Assembly (NCBI GenBank): GCA_050230475.1
Contig: JBFLGF010000141.1
Location: 1-58,020 of the forward strand
Direction: 5' to 3'
DNA: 58,020 nucleotides
Source: Ancylonema sp.
Taxonomy: Eukaryota
Numbering within the stretch: the stretch's first letter is position 1; every line of letters starts with the position of its first letter. The translations under genes and the position numbers were made by a program. The notes beneath the pieces are model-generated. The model worked only from the letters and a program-made list of their open reading frames with translations, did not search any database and was not told the DNA's origin. This document shows positions 13,672 to 31,500 of this stretch, piece by piece.

Positions 13672-15238
13672 AGGGTGGGTGTGGGACTCAGTTGCGTGTA
13701 ATTTAAATGTGTTTGAGAGGTAGATGTGTGGAGACTTGGCAGTAGTCGGAATGTTGTGTACAACTCTATGCACCATGCACCATGTTGGTCGTTTTGGTTG
13801 AGTGTGTGGAGGATTTTGCAATGTCGGAAATCTGGAGCCATGGTCTGACAATTAGAACATGGTTTTGTGGGGCGATTCGTTATTCTTCGAATGTTTGTGC
13901 TTGGAGGAACACCTGCTAGTACGCATTATGCATTTGCACAACATGCATAATTTCACATTGATAAGGTCGTAGGAGGTGTTGGGAGTACAACAATCGAGGT
14001 TTTGGCATAAATGCAATTTGCAAACAAACACTCGCAAAGAATTGGTGTTGATGAGACTTCGCCCCTCTTGCTTCGACAATTCATGGATATCCTATTGGTA
14101 CAACACGCAAACCTTGCTTCGAAACATATGAACAACCTATGAACCTTCAAAAACATTATATGATTATCATATAATAATGACGAGCATGATTGATATGAAT
14201 ATCATTTTGGTGTTTTTCTCAAAGCATGAATGTGTCGCTNACCGAAGCAATGAAAGAGCACGCTCGAGTGCAAGTCAATGCCGAGCTTTGACCTAGTTGC
14301 TCTGACACTGCTGGAGATGGACACTTCAACCTCGCTGAGCTCTTTCACTTCCTAGCGACGGGATAGCGATCAAGCGAATAGCCTCCTGGGGGAATACATG
14401 TGCTCCGCGTGTCAATCAACGCCTGTCGGCAAGTGCCCTACCATCAGCTACTTGCCAGCTACTTGCCAAGGGCGATCGAGCTTTCGTATGTGATGCAGCG
14501 TTAGCATACATACGTCTGATGCAGAAAGCTAAGCCGGTCAAGCAGCGGGCGACCATTAAGAATACTTTCAGACACGGAGACAGAGTCAATTGTTCCAAAA
14601 AACATAAACTTTGATATAAATATAATTACCTCATTTCATCGAAGCGCCATAATTTGAGTGCAGGTTGGGTGGGTCAACTAAATAAACTCGATGTAAACGC
14701 ATTTATCACACCGGCATCCGAATCGTATGTCGCGGATTCCACCTCATGCGAGTCCACCACCACCCCACGTGAACTAAAGTCAAACTCGATTTTTGCCGAT
14801 TTTGCCGATCCGGATCCCAACATAATGGGGACACGTCAGGGGCAATTAAAAAAGTGGTGATCGGTTTCCACGTGTCACGCAGCCGATAGCCTGTGGGAGT
14901 TAGTTAGTAACCTCTCAGACTGTAACACATGTTTTAGCAGCCGCCCCTTGCGAGACTCATGCCTCATCGCAATAATGATCCGGATATGCTAATATTGTCC
15001 ATCGAGCTATATATCAGAAAATAGTCATTTTTGCACATTGAGTCTCAGCAATCTCACAGTTCTCCATACAATACTCGTAGATGTATGCTGATGGACCGGA
15101 GCAAATAACTAGTGTCTAGCAAATACGAAATGTTTAGGTAACTATCGATCCCGTGGGCTAGAATGACAAAAGGATCACAGATTCACAGGAAAAACTGGTA
15201 ACGAAAGTGAACTCTGCTGGAAGAAAAAGTATCGTCCA

Positions 15239-17433
15239 ATGAAAGGAGACTCAGATCCAGCTCAGACGTCGACCTCGATACCTGATATCGTGGCGCCTCA
15301 TAACCATACACATGAACCTCCATGTGCACCCGTTGAAAGCTCTTCCAAAATCCAAGTATCCATCCCAGAGCCCGACACAGAATGTGTGCGAGAAGCAGAA
15401 GTATCACAAATGCAGACCACCACTGCTGGCAACCCTGACGCGGCCCTCATACCAGACGCCAGTTCAGATATCCGCACCACAAGTACGACTGCCAATTCCA
15501 TTTCCAAACCAAATCAAGCAGTCGGGCTTCGGCTGAAGCCGAAATGGAAACGCCGCGGCGCGGCACGTGCAGCCAGTGGTGACACGGTGGCACAAATCGA
15601 GTTAAAACTCGTGGCTTGCGGCCCTCTAGTTGGCTGGTTTGTGGACTCCGCTGTCCACGTGGCGACTAGCGAGTATCAGGATGGCTTGCTAGAGGGAGCG
15701 TGCTATGGGAGGCCAGCTGGACAAGGAGAGAGAGATTCTACAGGGGCACGGACCGATTCCTCTACAGCAACTGGGCCGCCAGCTGGCATCCTTCCTTGGG
15801 CCTCGAAGCTTCATGATCTTCTCAAAGAGGATGTTGCGTCAGGTTGGCCTCTGTCATCGCAGAGACTCTCATGCATATACAATGTATTGTATCGAGTTTA
15901 CACAGAAATGATGAAGTTCAAACATGCACATCTGAAGGTATGAGAATGCGATCGCTGCCACGAGCGACAGCAAAGGCTCACTTGCTTCTCTCACTATCCA
16001 ATTTGCAGACGGCCGACAACCGACCAAGCCCGGACGTGTGTATCAACTGGCACTAGAAGAGGCTTTTTTTCTGTGTCACACCCTGCAGTGCCTTGATATA
16101 CGTAGCCTTGAGGCATTGGAGGTAGGCCCCTTGGCATCTCCGAGGGTGACACCGACATTCAGATCAGCATTTTTTCTTTCTCATAACTACTTTGACTCTC
16201 TTCACTAACTAGTGTAAAGCAGAGCAGTGCCCAGCGTTCAGTTCTTAATCAACCGAGCGCGCCATGAATCGACAAACGCTGCTTTCTCTCAAGTCTTCAG
16301 TCTTAAGTCTTACCATGGGGTGTGGGGGTGGGGGGTGGGGGGTGGGCAGGGCAGACAGGCAGGAACTCACGCTTGGACACATCTGAGCTCTGGACCGCGT
16401 TCACACGTTGCAACAGCCAGTTCCCTTGGGTTTATGCCGCGTATTGCCACCTGCGCTCCAAGCACTGGGTGGTGAGGGCTGGGTTGCAGTACGGAGCTCA
16501 CTTCGTTGCGTACAGACACCACCCGGCCTTGGTGCATTCAGAGTGAGTGGAGGTCAGGGACGGTGTGTGTGGCCTAACATGTGGTTGCACACTTACGAAT
16601 GAGAAAGGTTGTTGATTCACCTCCGTGAGATTCAGGCCATGAGAGAGACCTGAATCGGCTGCTATGGATTCCGACCAATCGAGTCTTGCTGACGTGGCGT
16701 TCGAACCGGCTTTTGTCGGTTGGGGCAGTTTCGCGGTCCTTGTGATGAGCGGAGGGAGCGGAGAGCGCGTTCAGACGTGGAGCGACCTCCACGCCATGGC
16801 CCGCCTGGCAAGCACTGTCGTGAAAGTACGAGGTCCCATCCAATCAAAACGTGCCACCTGGCAGGGGTGCCGCCAGAACAGACCAGCTTCATGATGTACA
16901 AAGCTCATCATGAACCCTTCGGATAAACCCTGAATACCGTGTCCGGGGTCGCTGTGCTGCAGAGTCTCCTGCTCCTTTACGTCACTCACCCAGAAGGTGC
17001 CCCCCCCCCCTCCTCCCCTTCCTTTCTGGACTACTTGTGTGTGGAGGAGGTGGTGGTCAAGAGGTGGTTGCCGGAGAAGCACCGCACAAACGAGTCGGCT
17101 CCTCCGCAAGAATTGCGGGGGAAGAGGGGAGGGAAGGTGGACAACATGGCAGCATCTAGAAGGGAGGAGGCGGAGGGGGAGGGGGAGGAGGAGAGGTGGG
17201 AGGGTTGGATGAAGTGTATCACTCACGTTTGGACTCATTTGTCGACCCGCATCTGGGGGGAAGCGGTGACGAAGAAAGAGGCTAGGCATATGGAGAGGAG
17301 GCGGCGGTGGGAAGCAACGGGGGGACGTTGGAGGGAGGCAGGTGGGGACGGGGAGGGACAGGTGGCACGAGGTTTGGGAGACTGCGGTAGGGATGGGGAG
17401 GAGGCTGGCAGGAGCGAGCACCCGAGAAAGTAG
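15239..17433 (+). CDS. SEN2: tRNA-splicing endonuclease subunit Sen2-like, copy 2 (5 exons)
   Basis: Exons 15239-15842, 16009-16121, 16355-16542, 16729-16825, 16963-17433; same motifs and splice phases as copy 1. Confidence 0.88.
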
Positions 17434-18279
17434 GGGGTGGGTGTGGGACTCAATTGCGTATGATTTAAATGTGTTTGAGAGGTAAATGTGTGGAGACTTG
17501 GTAGCAGGCGGAAAGTTGTGTGCAACTTTGTGCACCATAGGCCATGTTGATCGTTTTCATTGAGTGTGTGGAGGATTTTGTTATGTCGAAAATCTAGAGC
17601 CATGTTTTGACATTGAGAAAATGGTTTGGGGCAATGGGGCAATACGTTATTCTTCTAATGATTGTGCACACGAGGAACACTTGCTAGTACGCGTTATGCG
17701 TTTGCACAACCTGCATAACTTCACATTGACAAGGTCGAAGGAAGTGTTGGGAGTACAACAATCGAGGTTTTGGCATAAACGCAATTTGTAAACAAACAAT
17801 TGCGAAGATCTGGTGTCGATGAGACTTCCCCCCTCTCGCTTCGAAAACGTATGTGTATCCTACTAGTGCAACACGCGAACCATATTCCGAAACACATGAA
17901 CAACCTGGGACCTTCAAAAATATTTTGTGATTATTACATAATAATGACGAGCATCATTGATATGAATGTCGTGTCGGTGTTGTTCTCAAAGTATGAATGT
18001 GTCACTTTGGAGACGAAAAGTGATAAGTGAAAAGTAGCAACTACTTATCACTGGTATGATGATCCCGTGAAGTGGGCACAACCCTCATATCGGCCATCAA
18101 TGTCCATCCCAATAGTGCATATGATGATACAATCTCGATTTTCTTAGAGTCCGAGGCTAGCCACTTTGACGCAAACTTCGCGTTGATAACATCCCGATTA
18201 ATATATGTGAGTGATGCATACAAAATTGCTGAGTCGAGTCTACCACCAGCAGACTGACAATGATTAGGCAGAGTGCAGC

Positions 18280-18700
18280 CCCTTCAATAAAAGGATATGA
18301 AGTCTCAAGTATAAGGAATGGGAACAAGTGGTAGCCCAAGCTGACATTGCGGGGAAATCGCTTAGGTGAGTCCGATCTTTCAGTTCTTGCTTGACTCTTG
18401 CTATGAAGGGCTTGAAGGAATACTTTATAGCAGGTGATGTGCAGGCGCTGTTTTGACATTTTTCGTTTCATGTAAAGTTGCACATTTCTCATGTGAGCAT
18501 ATCTCTAAAAAAGTAAGGCCCTCCTTGGGTACATTGTCCCTACATGTGACATAACTTAATCAACTGATGTACAAGGTACCCTCCTAGAAGCCAAGTGGGT
18601 GTCGAACGCATTTGCGCCATGCTATGTTCTTAGTAGCACGACAAGCTTACACGTTATAATCGGTACCGTATAGATAGTAGATACAAAATATGCGCAAACC
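18280..18700 (+). pseudogene. Decayed inverted copy of the GluRS last-exon end and 3' flank
   Basis: Matches the reverse complement of ~19870-20280. Shared strings include ACAAGTGGTAGCCCAAG, GAAATCGCTTA, TCTCATGTGAGCAT, TAAGGCCCTCCTTG and GATGTACAAG. Confidence 0.8.
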
Positions 18701-20174
18701 AACCTGACATTACGGTGGTTTCTCTTTACCTAGAGTCACAACAAATTATCCGAAAAATAAGCGGACATCATCGTTCACATGCTTAATGTTTGGTATAATA
18801 AAATTTGATTGTAGAAGTATGCGTCCATACGACACCCTTGATAAAAAGCACGTGCAACATATGGGTTGAAGGAGCATGTAGGATGATAACGAGTGTGTGT
18901 GTTGGATCTCAAACGTAGACGGATATGGAGAAAATAAAGAAACATGAATCTGTTAACTACTCGAATGAGTGATGGAAGGATTGTTTGCACATCGGGCACA
19001 CTCCATAACTTTTAACATACGAAACCCTTGAATCAACAAGGAGGGGTTTGCACTGCCGCTTTTGCATCTTGTTTGAAGGGTAGCTCCATCTCCCACACTC
19101 GAACATTTTGGAATCCTCTCCATGGGAGAAAGGAGAAAGGAGAATCAACTGCCGCTGAATTCACGTGAGGAACAATTCTCTGTTCGTTCGCAATCTGAAT
19201 TCAGTAACCGAATCACGGCATTGTCCTCGTGTTTCTTCAACGGGGTCTTTGTACACCACGCGTTGAGAGTCCGGAGATGTTTCCTCCCCAACGTATGAGT
19301 GTCAGACAGATATCATAGTAGGAATGTTCAGATATAGGCATTTATTTAAATGCCGTCAGATCGTCATGTCCAAAGTGAATGCAATTCTAGGCTTTAGACA
19401 GTTCTTGTTCAGCTGTTGCCGTAGAATTGAACGGATAAGACTGATAATTTGAGGAATGTCGGGCAAAACGGTATTGACAAGCCAATTCGCACTCTTGCGC
19501 AGCACAGAAATAGTAGAGTCAAAATGGGGGTGAAAGAGCCAACATGGAGCTCACTTCGGACACGATGAGTCGAGTGAGCTAAGTCAACGTACATACGTAG
19601 CCCGCTTGAGCGTTGAATCGACACTAAAAGACAAGACAACGTGCCATCTAAGATTAAATCGTATCGCGTCAATCTAACGAAACGGTCTTTTCAAATCAAT
19701 TGATATTCTAAAGATGTGACGGAGGTATATTTTAGATATAGCCTGCATCTATTCTTACTGTAGGTGACGTGGATCGTTTGATAAGTACATTAAATACTCA
19801 TCAGATCTGACATTCGTATTAGTTGTTGTGTTATTCGCTCTAAATCACGTGTTATTATGCCGCTACAACGAATCTACACGACCGATCTTGTGCGACCTAA
19901 CACAATATAGGTCTCAACCAATATCATTCGAACAAAATTATCTTTTCGAAAGGTAGCTTGTACATCGGCTTATTAAGTTACATCACGTGCATGGACATTG
20001 TCCTCAAGGAGGGCCTTAGTTTTCGGACGTGTCAAATGCTCACATGAGAGATGTTTCACGTGACATGAGGTATGAATTGTGCAATCACTGCGTGCGCATC
20101 AACTGTTGTAACAGATTACTCCAAGTTATCCTTGAAGCCTATTATAGTAAGAGCCAAGTCATAATTGAAAGCAT

Positions 20175-24835
<4,661 letters not shown>

Positions 24836-25122
24836 TCACCTTCGCGAGTTCGCCAGAACTTGATGCAGGAATCTCTCTTACCCTCGAACTCCGTCAAGAG
24901 AGCTTAGAATTGCCCTAAAAAGGTTCATTTTCAGAACGTCATTCACTTTTTCATTTCATTTTTTTTAAAGCCCTCATTTATTAAAAACCTTAGGTATAAT
25001 ATTATTGCTTTCACAAGAGGAATTGTGTACTATACTATATTCATATATTATATATATATGTATATTACACAGTATTTAACTATTGGCTTCTAATGTTAAT
25101 CAATAATGTTATCGATGATTAT

Positions 25123-25554
25123 TAGGGTTGGGCCACCCGTCCACCCGCCCAGATGGGGACGGCCATCCGCATTCCAGTAAAAAAACAAAATCGGGCGGCC
25201 GCCCGCGGCTGGGGGAGCCCGCGCGCGGGCAAAGTACCAAAAATGGTCTTACATCGGTAGTGATACAAATATTCGTCATCAGCCCACCTTCGGGAATCGG
25301 ATTTTTGTTTTCTATGACGTGTATTCGTTAGTCACGTCATCATACACTATTGCACACTTGACACACGTTGAATACGTTGAATACCAAAACATTCCGTCTT
25401 TCAAAGGTGTGCTTATGACGAAGATTGGTTGACTACTTCTGCGAGACGACCAAATTTTGCACCTTAGCCACCCGTGGGTGGGGGGGAGTTTTCGGATGGG
25501 GCCCACCCGCCTACCCCCATCCGATTCGTTTCATGCGGGTGAGGCACAACCCTA
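25123..25554. mobile_element. Non-autonomous hAT-type element (MITE), 432 bp
   Basis: Ends are TAGGGTTGGGCCACCCG and CGGGTGAGGCACAACCCTA (imperfect TIR). Subterminal CCACCCG motifs at both ends; 8-bp flanks ATGATTAT/GTCATTAC match 5/8 (decayed TSD). Confidence 0.7.
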
Positions 25555-25803
25555 GTCATTACAACTTTTGCTCTTCTGCTTATGGATAACATGTTGTCTA
25601 TCCAAGGCTTAGAGAGACCGACTCCGTAAGAATCAGTTCGGGCACCAAATACGGAGTGTTGTGTCGATATCTCTTTAAGCATAGGCCGACCTATGACCGA
25701 CCTCGTATCTACACAAACTAGTGGAGACCGTCCCCGGACCTCAAATCACAGCAATGAATCCGCATGTGACGCATTGGAACGAACACGGCCACATGAATTT
25801 TGA

Positions 25804-25974
25804 CCCTCTCTCCATGCCGCGCCTCTTTTTCAGTTGGCGCTTGGCCTCAGATGGGGGTCGACAAATGGATCCAAGCGCCAACGAGGCACTTCATTCGAGG
25901 CTACCAAAACGTACCCTTCTCCTCCTCCTCCCTTCTAAATATCGCTATATAACCCACCTTCCCTCCCCTATTTC
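25804..25974 (-). pseudogene. Decayed inverted fragment of the SEN2 last exon
   Basis: Reverse complement aligns with ~13365-13535: AGGGGAGGGAAGGTGGG..AGAAGGGAGGAGGAGGAG..ATGAAGTGC..CCATTTGTCGACCC. Confidence 0.8.
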
Positions 25975-28598
25975 TTTCCATCAAGAACCCCTGAGGTCGA
26001 TAGCTTTATCGTATACACATTTTCATCGTTGTGATTGGTTGTGTTGTTTACCGTTTTTTGATCCGGTGACTAACGCTAAGTATGTAGTACGTGGAAGGCG
26101 GAAAACGCGAACGCCTCTGGTAAATTGCATTAAGACCTAAAGATTAATTGTACAAATTTTGCATCGAATTTTGTTTAAACAAGTTTTTGGTCTAGTCATT
26201 GATTTGAAATTTTCACATGAAAGTGTTTCCTACTTTGGTCAACGATATCCGGCAATCATCGATGCGATAAAGAGCCTTATTGCATGAATTAATCATGATC
26301 TATAATTCGATTGGACTATGTCGTGTGAGTATATCAAAAATTGCATACACCACGCATCTACAATTGTCAAACACTCACCATTCAAACTAAATCCGCCTAT
26401 TCATACGTTGCATTGATGATAAAAGTATTATTTGAGCACCTTTGTGATATCAGTAGCCATACTTGATCACCCCAAGCAAGGTATGGTGTGCGCAATAGAC
26501 CATCCTATGAGCTTTAGGTTTCCATCTTGTTCCATAGTTATATTCTGCTATTAATGTTGTCCATTGTTAATTGTCGGGTGTGTATCACAACTTCAAATGA
26601 GCATTGTGCGCAATCCCCAACGAGGATAAGGTCCAACCTCCAATACCCAACCCCACGTGATATGGGGTTGTACACAATGGTGCCTGTGATACATGTGTTT
26701 AAAAATCCGTGTACCACTAGATTTTTCTTTTCTTAAGAGAGAGAAATGCGGATTATCGACAGAGAGCGGGAACACCGTCTTATGACAAGAACGTGCCTCC
26801 AGAAAGATCCCTGAGGCACCCTTCTTCGACTTGCGAGTTAATCTGGTTCGCATTTCTATCTAAGCCTTAGAAACAAGTCAATGGTCGCAGGAGTAGTGAT
26901 GACGGTGGCCAACTGTAGCGTTGACGAAATATGTCAACAAACTGAAGACTTCATTCAAGACGCAGTGTACAGTTGGACAATCCTGTCCAGACTGTCAAGC
27001 TCGCAGTACTGATTCATACTAAAGCTGCCACCGTGGCTAATCTTTGGGATTTGTTAGCAACAGTCCACTCTTTGTCAGCATCAATTCGGGCGCAAGTATT
27101 TACCTTCCCGCGCCAGACTCGATCGATGATTTCCGCGTGACATTGAATCACGCCAAACACGGCACGCGTGTCATCGTTAAGAGCATATATTACAGGTGGT
27201 TGCGAGCTGGGGCAGGGTCTTCATGCTTGCCATGGCAGGAAATCCTGCTGCAGATTTTCAGTTTTTTCCCTCACTCTGTCAACCTGACGGTCACCTTCTT
27301 GTAATCAGAGCAGTTCCAGCCGTTGTTTTTCGATGCGAGGTCTCCGCTCAATGTCAGTTTAGACAGTAAGGAATGATCATAAGCTGGAAAGCGTCTTGAA
27401 ATCCTTCATTGTTTATTTACATGTAAATATGTCATCAATTTAAATCGACATTGGAGAAATTTAACCAATATTTTAGATTGTGATACAAAAGGCATTTTTC
27501 CATTGTTATTCTAGTTGTGAAATTGGCTTTGCGATAATATATTAATTTCAATTTTCTACTTCCCTTATCCTTATGTGCACATGATGAATGGATGAATCTG
27601 AAGTTAGAGGTGATGATATGATCAGCAACTTCCCGACCATATTTGACTGTAGCTATATAAGCATGCTGCATTCAGCTGTAGTTTTTGCGATTATGGTGGT
27701 GAATTCGGGTATGTCATGTCTTGTCGTCCACAAGCACCTACAGCACCCCGTTTCATGTCTACATGGTGAATGAAACTGAATGAAGAGTTCGTTATATAGC
27801 CATTAATACCTTGGCCAAATTGGCAGTTACTACGGCCAGTAATTTTATTTTGATGCAATCGTGGAAGTAAAATTTAATGATTCACATATTTTAATTCATA
27901 TGATTAAACTTTACTTCATGTCTGCATGGTGACTGAAACTGAATTGAGACGCAAATTTGATGAATATCCAACAAGCAATGTCGGATGATGCAGCTGCATC
28001 CCATGCACATTTCGATTACTATGATACACTTATGTAATGTTTCATTTTCATTGTTTCGGTGTGGTGAATAAATGCAACATAAATGTCCTCCGGTCTCGAC
28101 GACCACCAGCCAAAGTGAGCGGAGCAGAGCGCAACGAAGCGAAGCTCCAAATCGGAGGCGGAGGTTCACGGGAGAAAATCTCAGCGATATGTGCGGAAAT
28201 CGCATAGACTGGTGTGAGATTCGCGAACAGCAGACACCCGGAGATGAAGAGCGCAGAAGAGCGGAGAGAGCGCTCTTGAGGAGCTGCGAGCTGCGGCAGG
28301 AATCGCAGCTCGCGGTGATCAGTGGATCAGTTTCGATTTCGTAAATTTTTGCGCCTGAAGATTTGCCAACAAAAAGTAGAGTGTCACAAATCACAAATCC
28401 CGTCTTTTGTTCGTCGGAATGGTGCTGACCTGGCAATATCTACACGTCATCATCAGTTCTTGCGTCTACTGTCGATCTGTCAGTCCTTTTTGGGAATTAG
28501 TAGTTGAGGTGGACACCAGTGTCGTACGTGGCTGCTGACATGCCCTCTTCCGTACAAGGTACCACCTAGTCTGACCAGAAATAATCCAGAGAGACGCC

Positions 28599-31500
28599 AT
28601 GGATGTTGTCCCCAGGCAATCCTGGGGTGCCCAGGCAATGGCCTTCCCACCCACTGCCCATGAGAATCCTCTCGTCCACCGCTACTTTCTGACACATAGA
28701 CGAACATTGATAGAATTATGTGAGTCCGGACTGGCAACACTGTCCTCGCACGCGCTGATGTTGCTACCAGGAGCGCTATGGAGGTAGCAGGAGAAGGCTT
28801 CGACCGCGATCGGAAAGTGAAGGAGCTTCTGAAGGTGCGTAATGCTCAATTTTTTCGCTGAATTGGATTTCTCTGTCCATCGCTCTTTTCGCATGGCTTC
28901 CAAAATATCTACTTGCTTCTCTAACTCACTACTTGACTGCTTGTATTGAGATTGTCTCAGAGTATCACAAAGTTGGCGGCATCGCCAGAGGGCGCAACCC
29001 CGCAACATCACGTGAATGGAGTTACTCCTGGTACACATCGCATTCCACAACTTTCCCACGGTGTTGTTATGTTGTGAGGGAATGAAACGCGCTATGTGTG
29101 GAGTTCCTCTCTGCAATCATCTATGTCCAGAAGTTCCAAAGATTTGTCCGCACCTTTTCGTATCACGTATAGCTGGACTGCAGTCATTTCCTTCCCTGAC
29201 ATTGGTGTCTTTTGCCGTCTGACTCGTCATGTTTCCCCCTTAGCCGGTCCCTTCATCCGCCCACAACGGAAAATTACGGATGCGGAGCAAGAATTGCACG
29301 ATCTCATCGACCAGCCAGAGGTTGTACCCGTACCGATTCTGGATACCCTGGGTCCCCGAGAGGAGTGGACACGTCAGCAAATCCGTGCCCGGGCGGCGGA
29401 GCAAGCGAAACTGCAGGAAACACTGCAATCCCCCTCCCCAAATGACCTGTCTGCTGATGTTCAGAACGGACAGAAGCAGATACCACATCAGAATCCAGAA
29501 AGCGCTCAGGGGTCGCAGAAATCCGACAAGCTAGCCGCCCCTGACGAAACCCCTCCGAATAAACCCGGGAAGGAGATCTCGGAGAAGGCGGCCCTGGTAG
29601 CCCGACTGGCTGAAATCGCCATGAGGCAGAGAAAGGTTCGCAAATACAAGCGCCTCTTGAAGGAGGCTCAGGTCTTGGAGCAACAGGGCGATCCTACTGG
29701 CCGTCCAGCCGTGGCTGCCGCCACTGCAGTTCTCGCTGCGGCCAGGGATCTGCCTTGCTTACCCAGAGGCATCCGAGAACAAGAGGCAGAAGCCTTGGAT
29801 TCCAATTCTGCCGCTGCTTCTCCCGACCAAAGGAAAAGCAGCGGTGTTCTGAGCCTCGGGAACGGCACTGACCTCATCATCCCACCCTTCTACGATGACC
29901 TGGCGCCTTCCCTCAACCTCCCTCTCCTGCACCATCTCCACCTCGGCGCCGCGTTCTCGGCCTCACCTGCTGACCTGTCAGCCTTGCTGGCCGCAGAGGA
30001 AGAGAAGGAGAAGCGACGGAATCCAGAGGCACTGCCAGAGGTCGCTTGGGAGAATGGATGTTCAGAACGGGCAGAAGCAGATACCACATCAGAATCCAGA
30101 AAGCGCTCAGGGGTCGCAGAAATCCGAAAAGCTAGCCGCCCCCATTGAAACCCCTCCTGATAAACCCGGGAAGGAGATCTCGGATCGAAGGCGGCCCTGG
30201 TAGCCCGACTGGCTGAAATCGCCATGAGGCAGAGAAAGGTTCGCAAATACAAGCGGCAATTGAAGGAGGCTCAGCTCTTGGAGCAACAGGGCGATCCTCA
30301 TGGCCGTCCAGGCGTGGCTGCCGCCACTGCAGTTCTTGCTGCCGCCAGGGATCTACCTTGCTTACCCAGAGGCATCCGAGACCAAGAGGCAGAAGCCTTG
30401 GATTCCAATTCTGCCGCTGCTTCTCCTGACAAAAGGAAAAGCAGCGGTGTCCTGAGCCTCGGGAATGGCACTGACCTCATCATCCCACCCTTCTACGATG
30501 ACCTGGCGCCTTCCCTCCACCTCCCTCTCCTGCACCATCTCCACCTCGGCGCGGTGTACTCGGCCTCACCCGCTGACCTGTCAGCCTTGCTGGCCGCAGA
30601 GGAAGAGAAGGAGAAGCGAAGAAATCCAGAGTCACTGCTAGAGGTCGCTTGGGAGAATGCAGAGACTGATCGCGAGGAGGGGGTTCGGTATGATGAATCA
30701 CAACAGTATGAGGGAGGCTGGCAGGGACAGTCGAGGGAAGAACAACAGCAGCAGCAGCAGCAGCAGCAGCGTCGGCGGCAGCAGAAGCCACCTAGTGCAA
30801 AGGAGAGAGAAGAAGCTCCAGCGATGAAATGGGGAGGTTCAGGAGCGCGCAATCTTCGGCACCGCGTCGTCCGCCTCTCACAACCGTCTTCCCGACGTGG
30901 CCTCCCAAACGCACCTTCAGCACCTCCCCTCAGGTCCACGACTGAAGCGCGTAGAGCTCGACACCCAGGCGCCGAGAGGAGAGTGGAGGTGGTCCTTGCG
31001 CTGCCCGCTGTTCCTTACAGAGTGTTCGAATCAGTGGGGCAAGAACGGCCGAGGAAATGGTCAGAGCGCCGAGGCACCAAAGGCAGAGACTCCATTTACT
31101 GGCAAGGCGAGAGAGATGGCCTGTCTGAAGACGGGTCTGCCTCTCAGCTCGACCCCTCCATGCCCTTCAATGCCTCGGAAGCATACTTCCCTGCCATGTA
31201 TTCGCCTGCTCCAGGGATGGTGCCCCAGCTGCAAGGGGTGGACTATGGGTCTCAGTCTCCCCCCCAGCCTCGGGCTGGTGCCTACCACATACCACAGTAC
31301 CACACTGAAGACACGCAGGTGTGCACCAAACTCCACTCCTGGAATGATCTTGGTAATACCTGTAACACTCGCTCCCGTGTGTTTCTCCTCCTCTCCTCTC
31401 CTCTCCTCTCCCCTTGCGTTCAGCATCTGAGCCTGAAGCAGCAGCAACTGCTGCACCACATGTACACCCAACAGCAGCAGCAGCAGGAGCAGCAGCATCT

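Larger units (their letters stand above)
10369..18006. repeat. Diverged ~3.8-kb tandem duplication (10369-14239 and 14242-18006) separated by an N at 14240
   Basis: Both units start CCGAAGCAATGAAAGAGCACG and end ATGAATGTGTC; many substitutions and indels between them. Confidence 0.92.

Noticed and set aside
18957..19148. Cys-containing ORF (FECG..CPMC) at the centre of the inverted duplication
   Set aside because: Too short, and the zinc-ligand spacing is incomplete.
18480..20060. A DNA transposon with long TIRs
   Set aside because: The inverted similarity extends outward into GluRS coding sequence, so it is a gene-fragment duplication.
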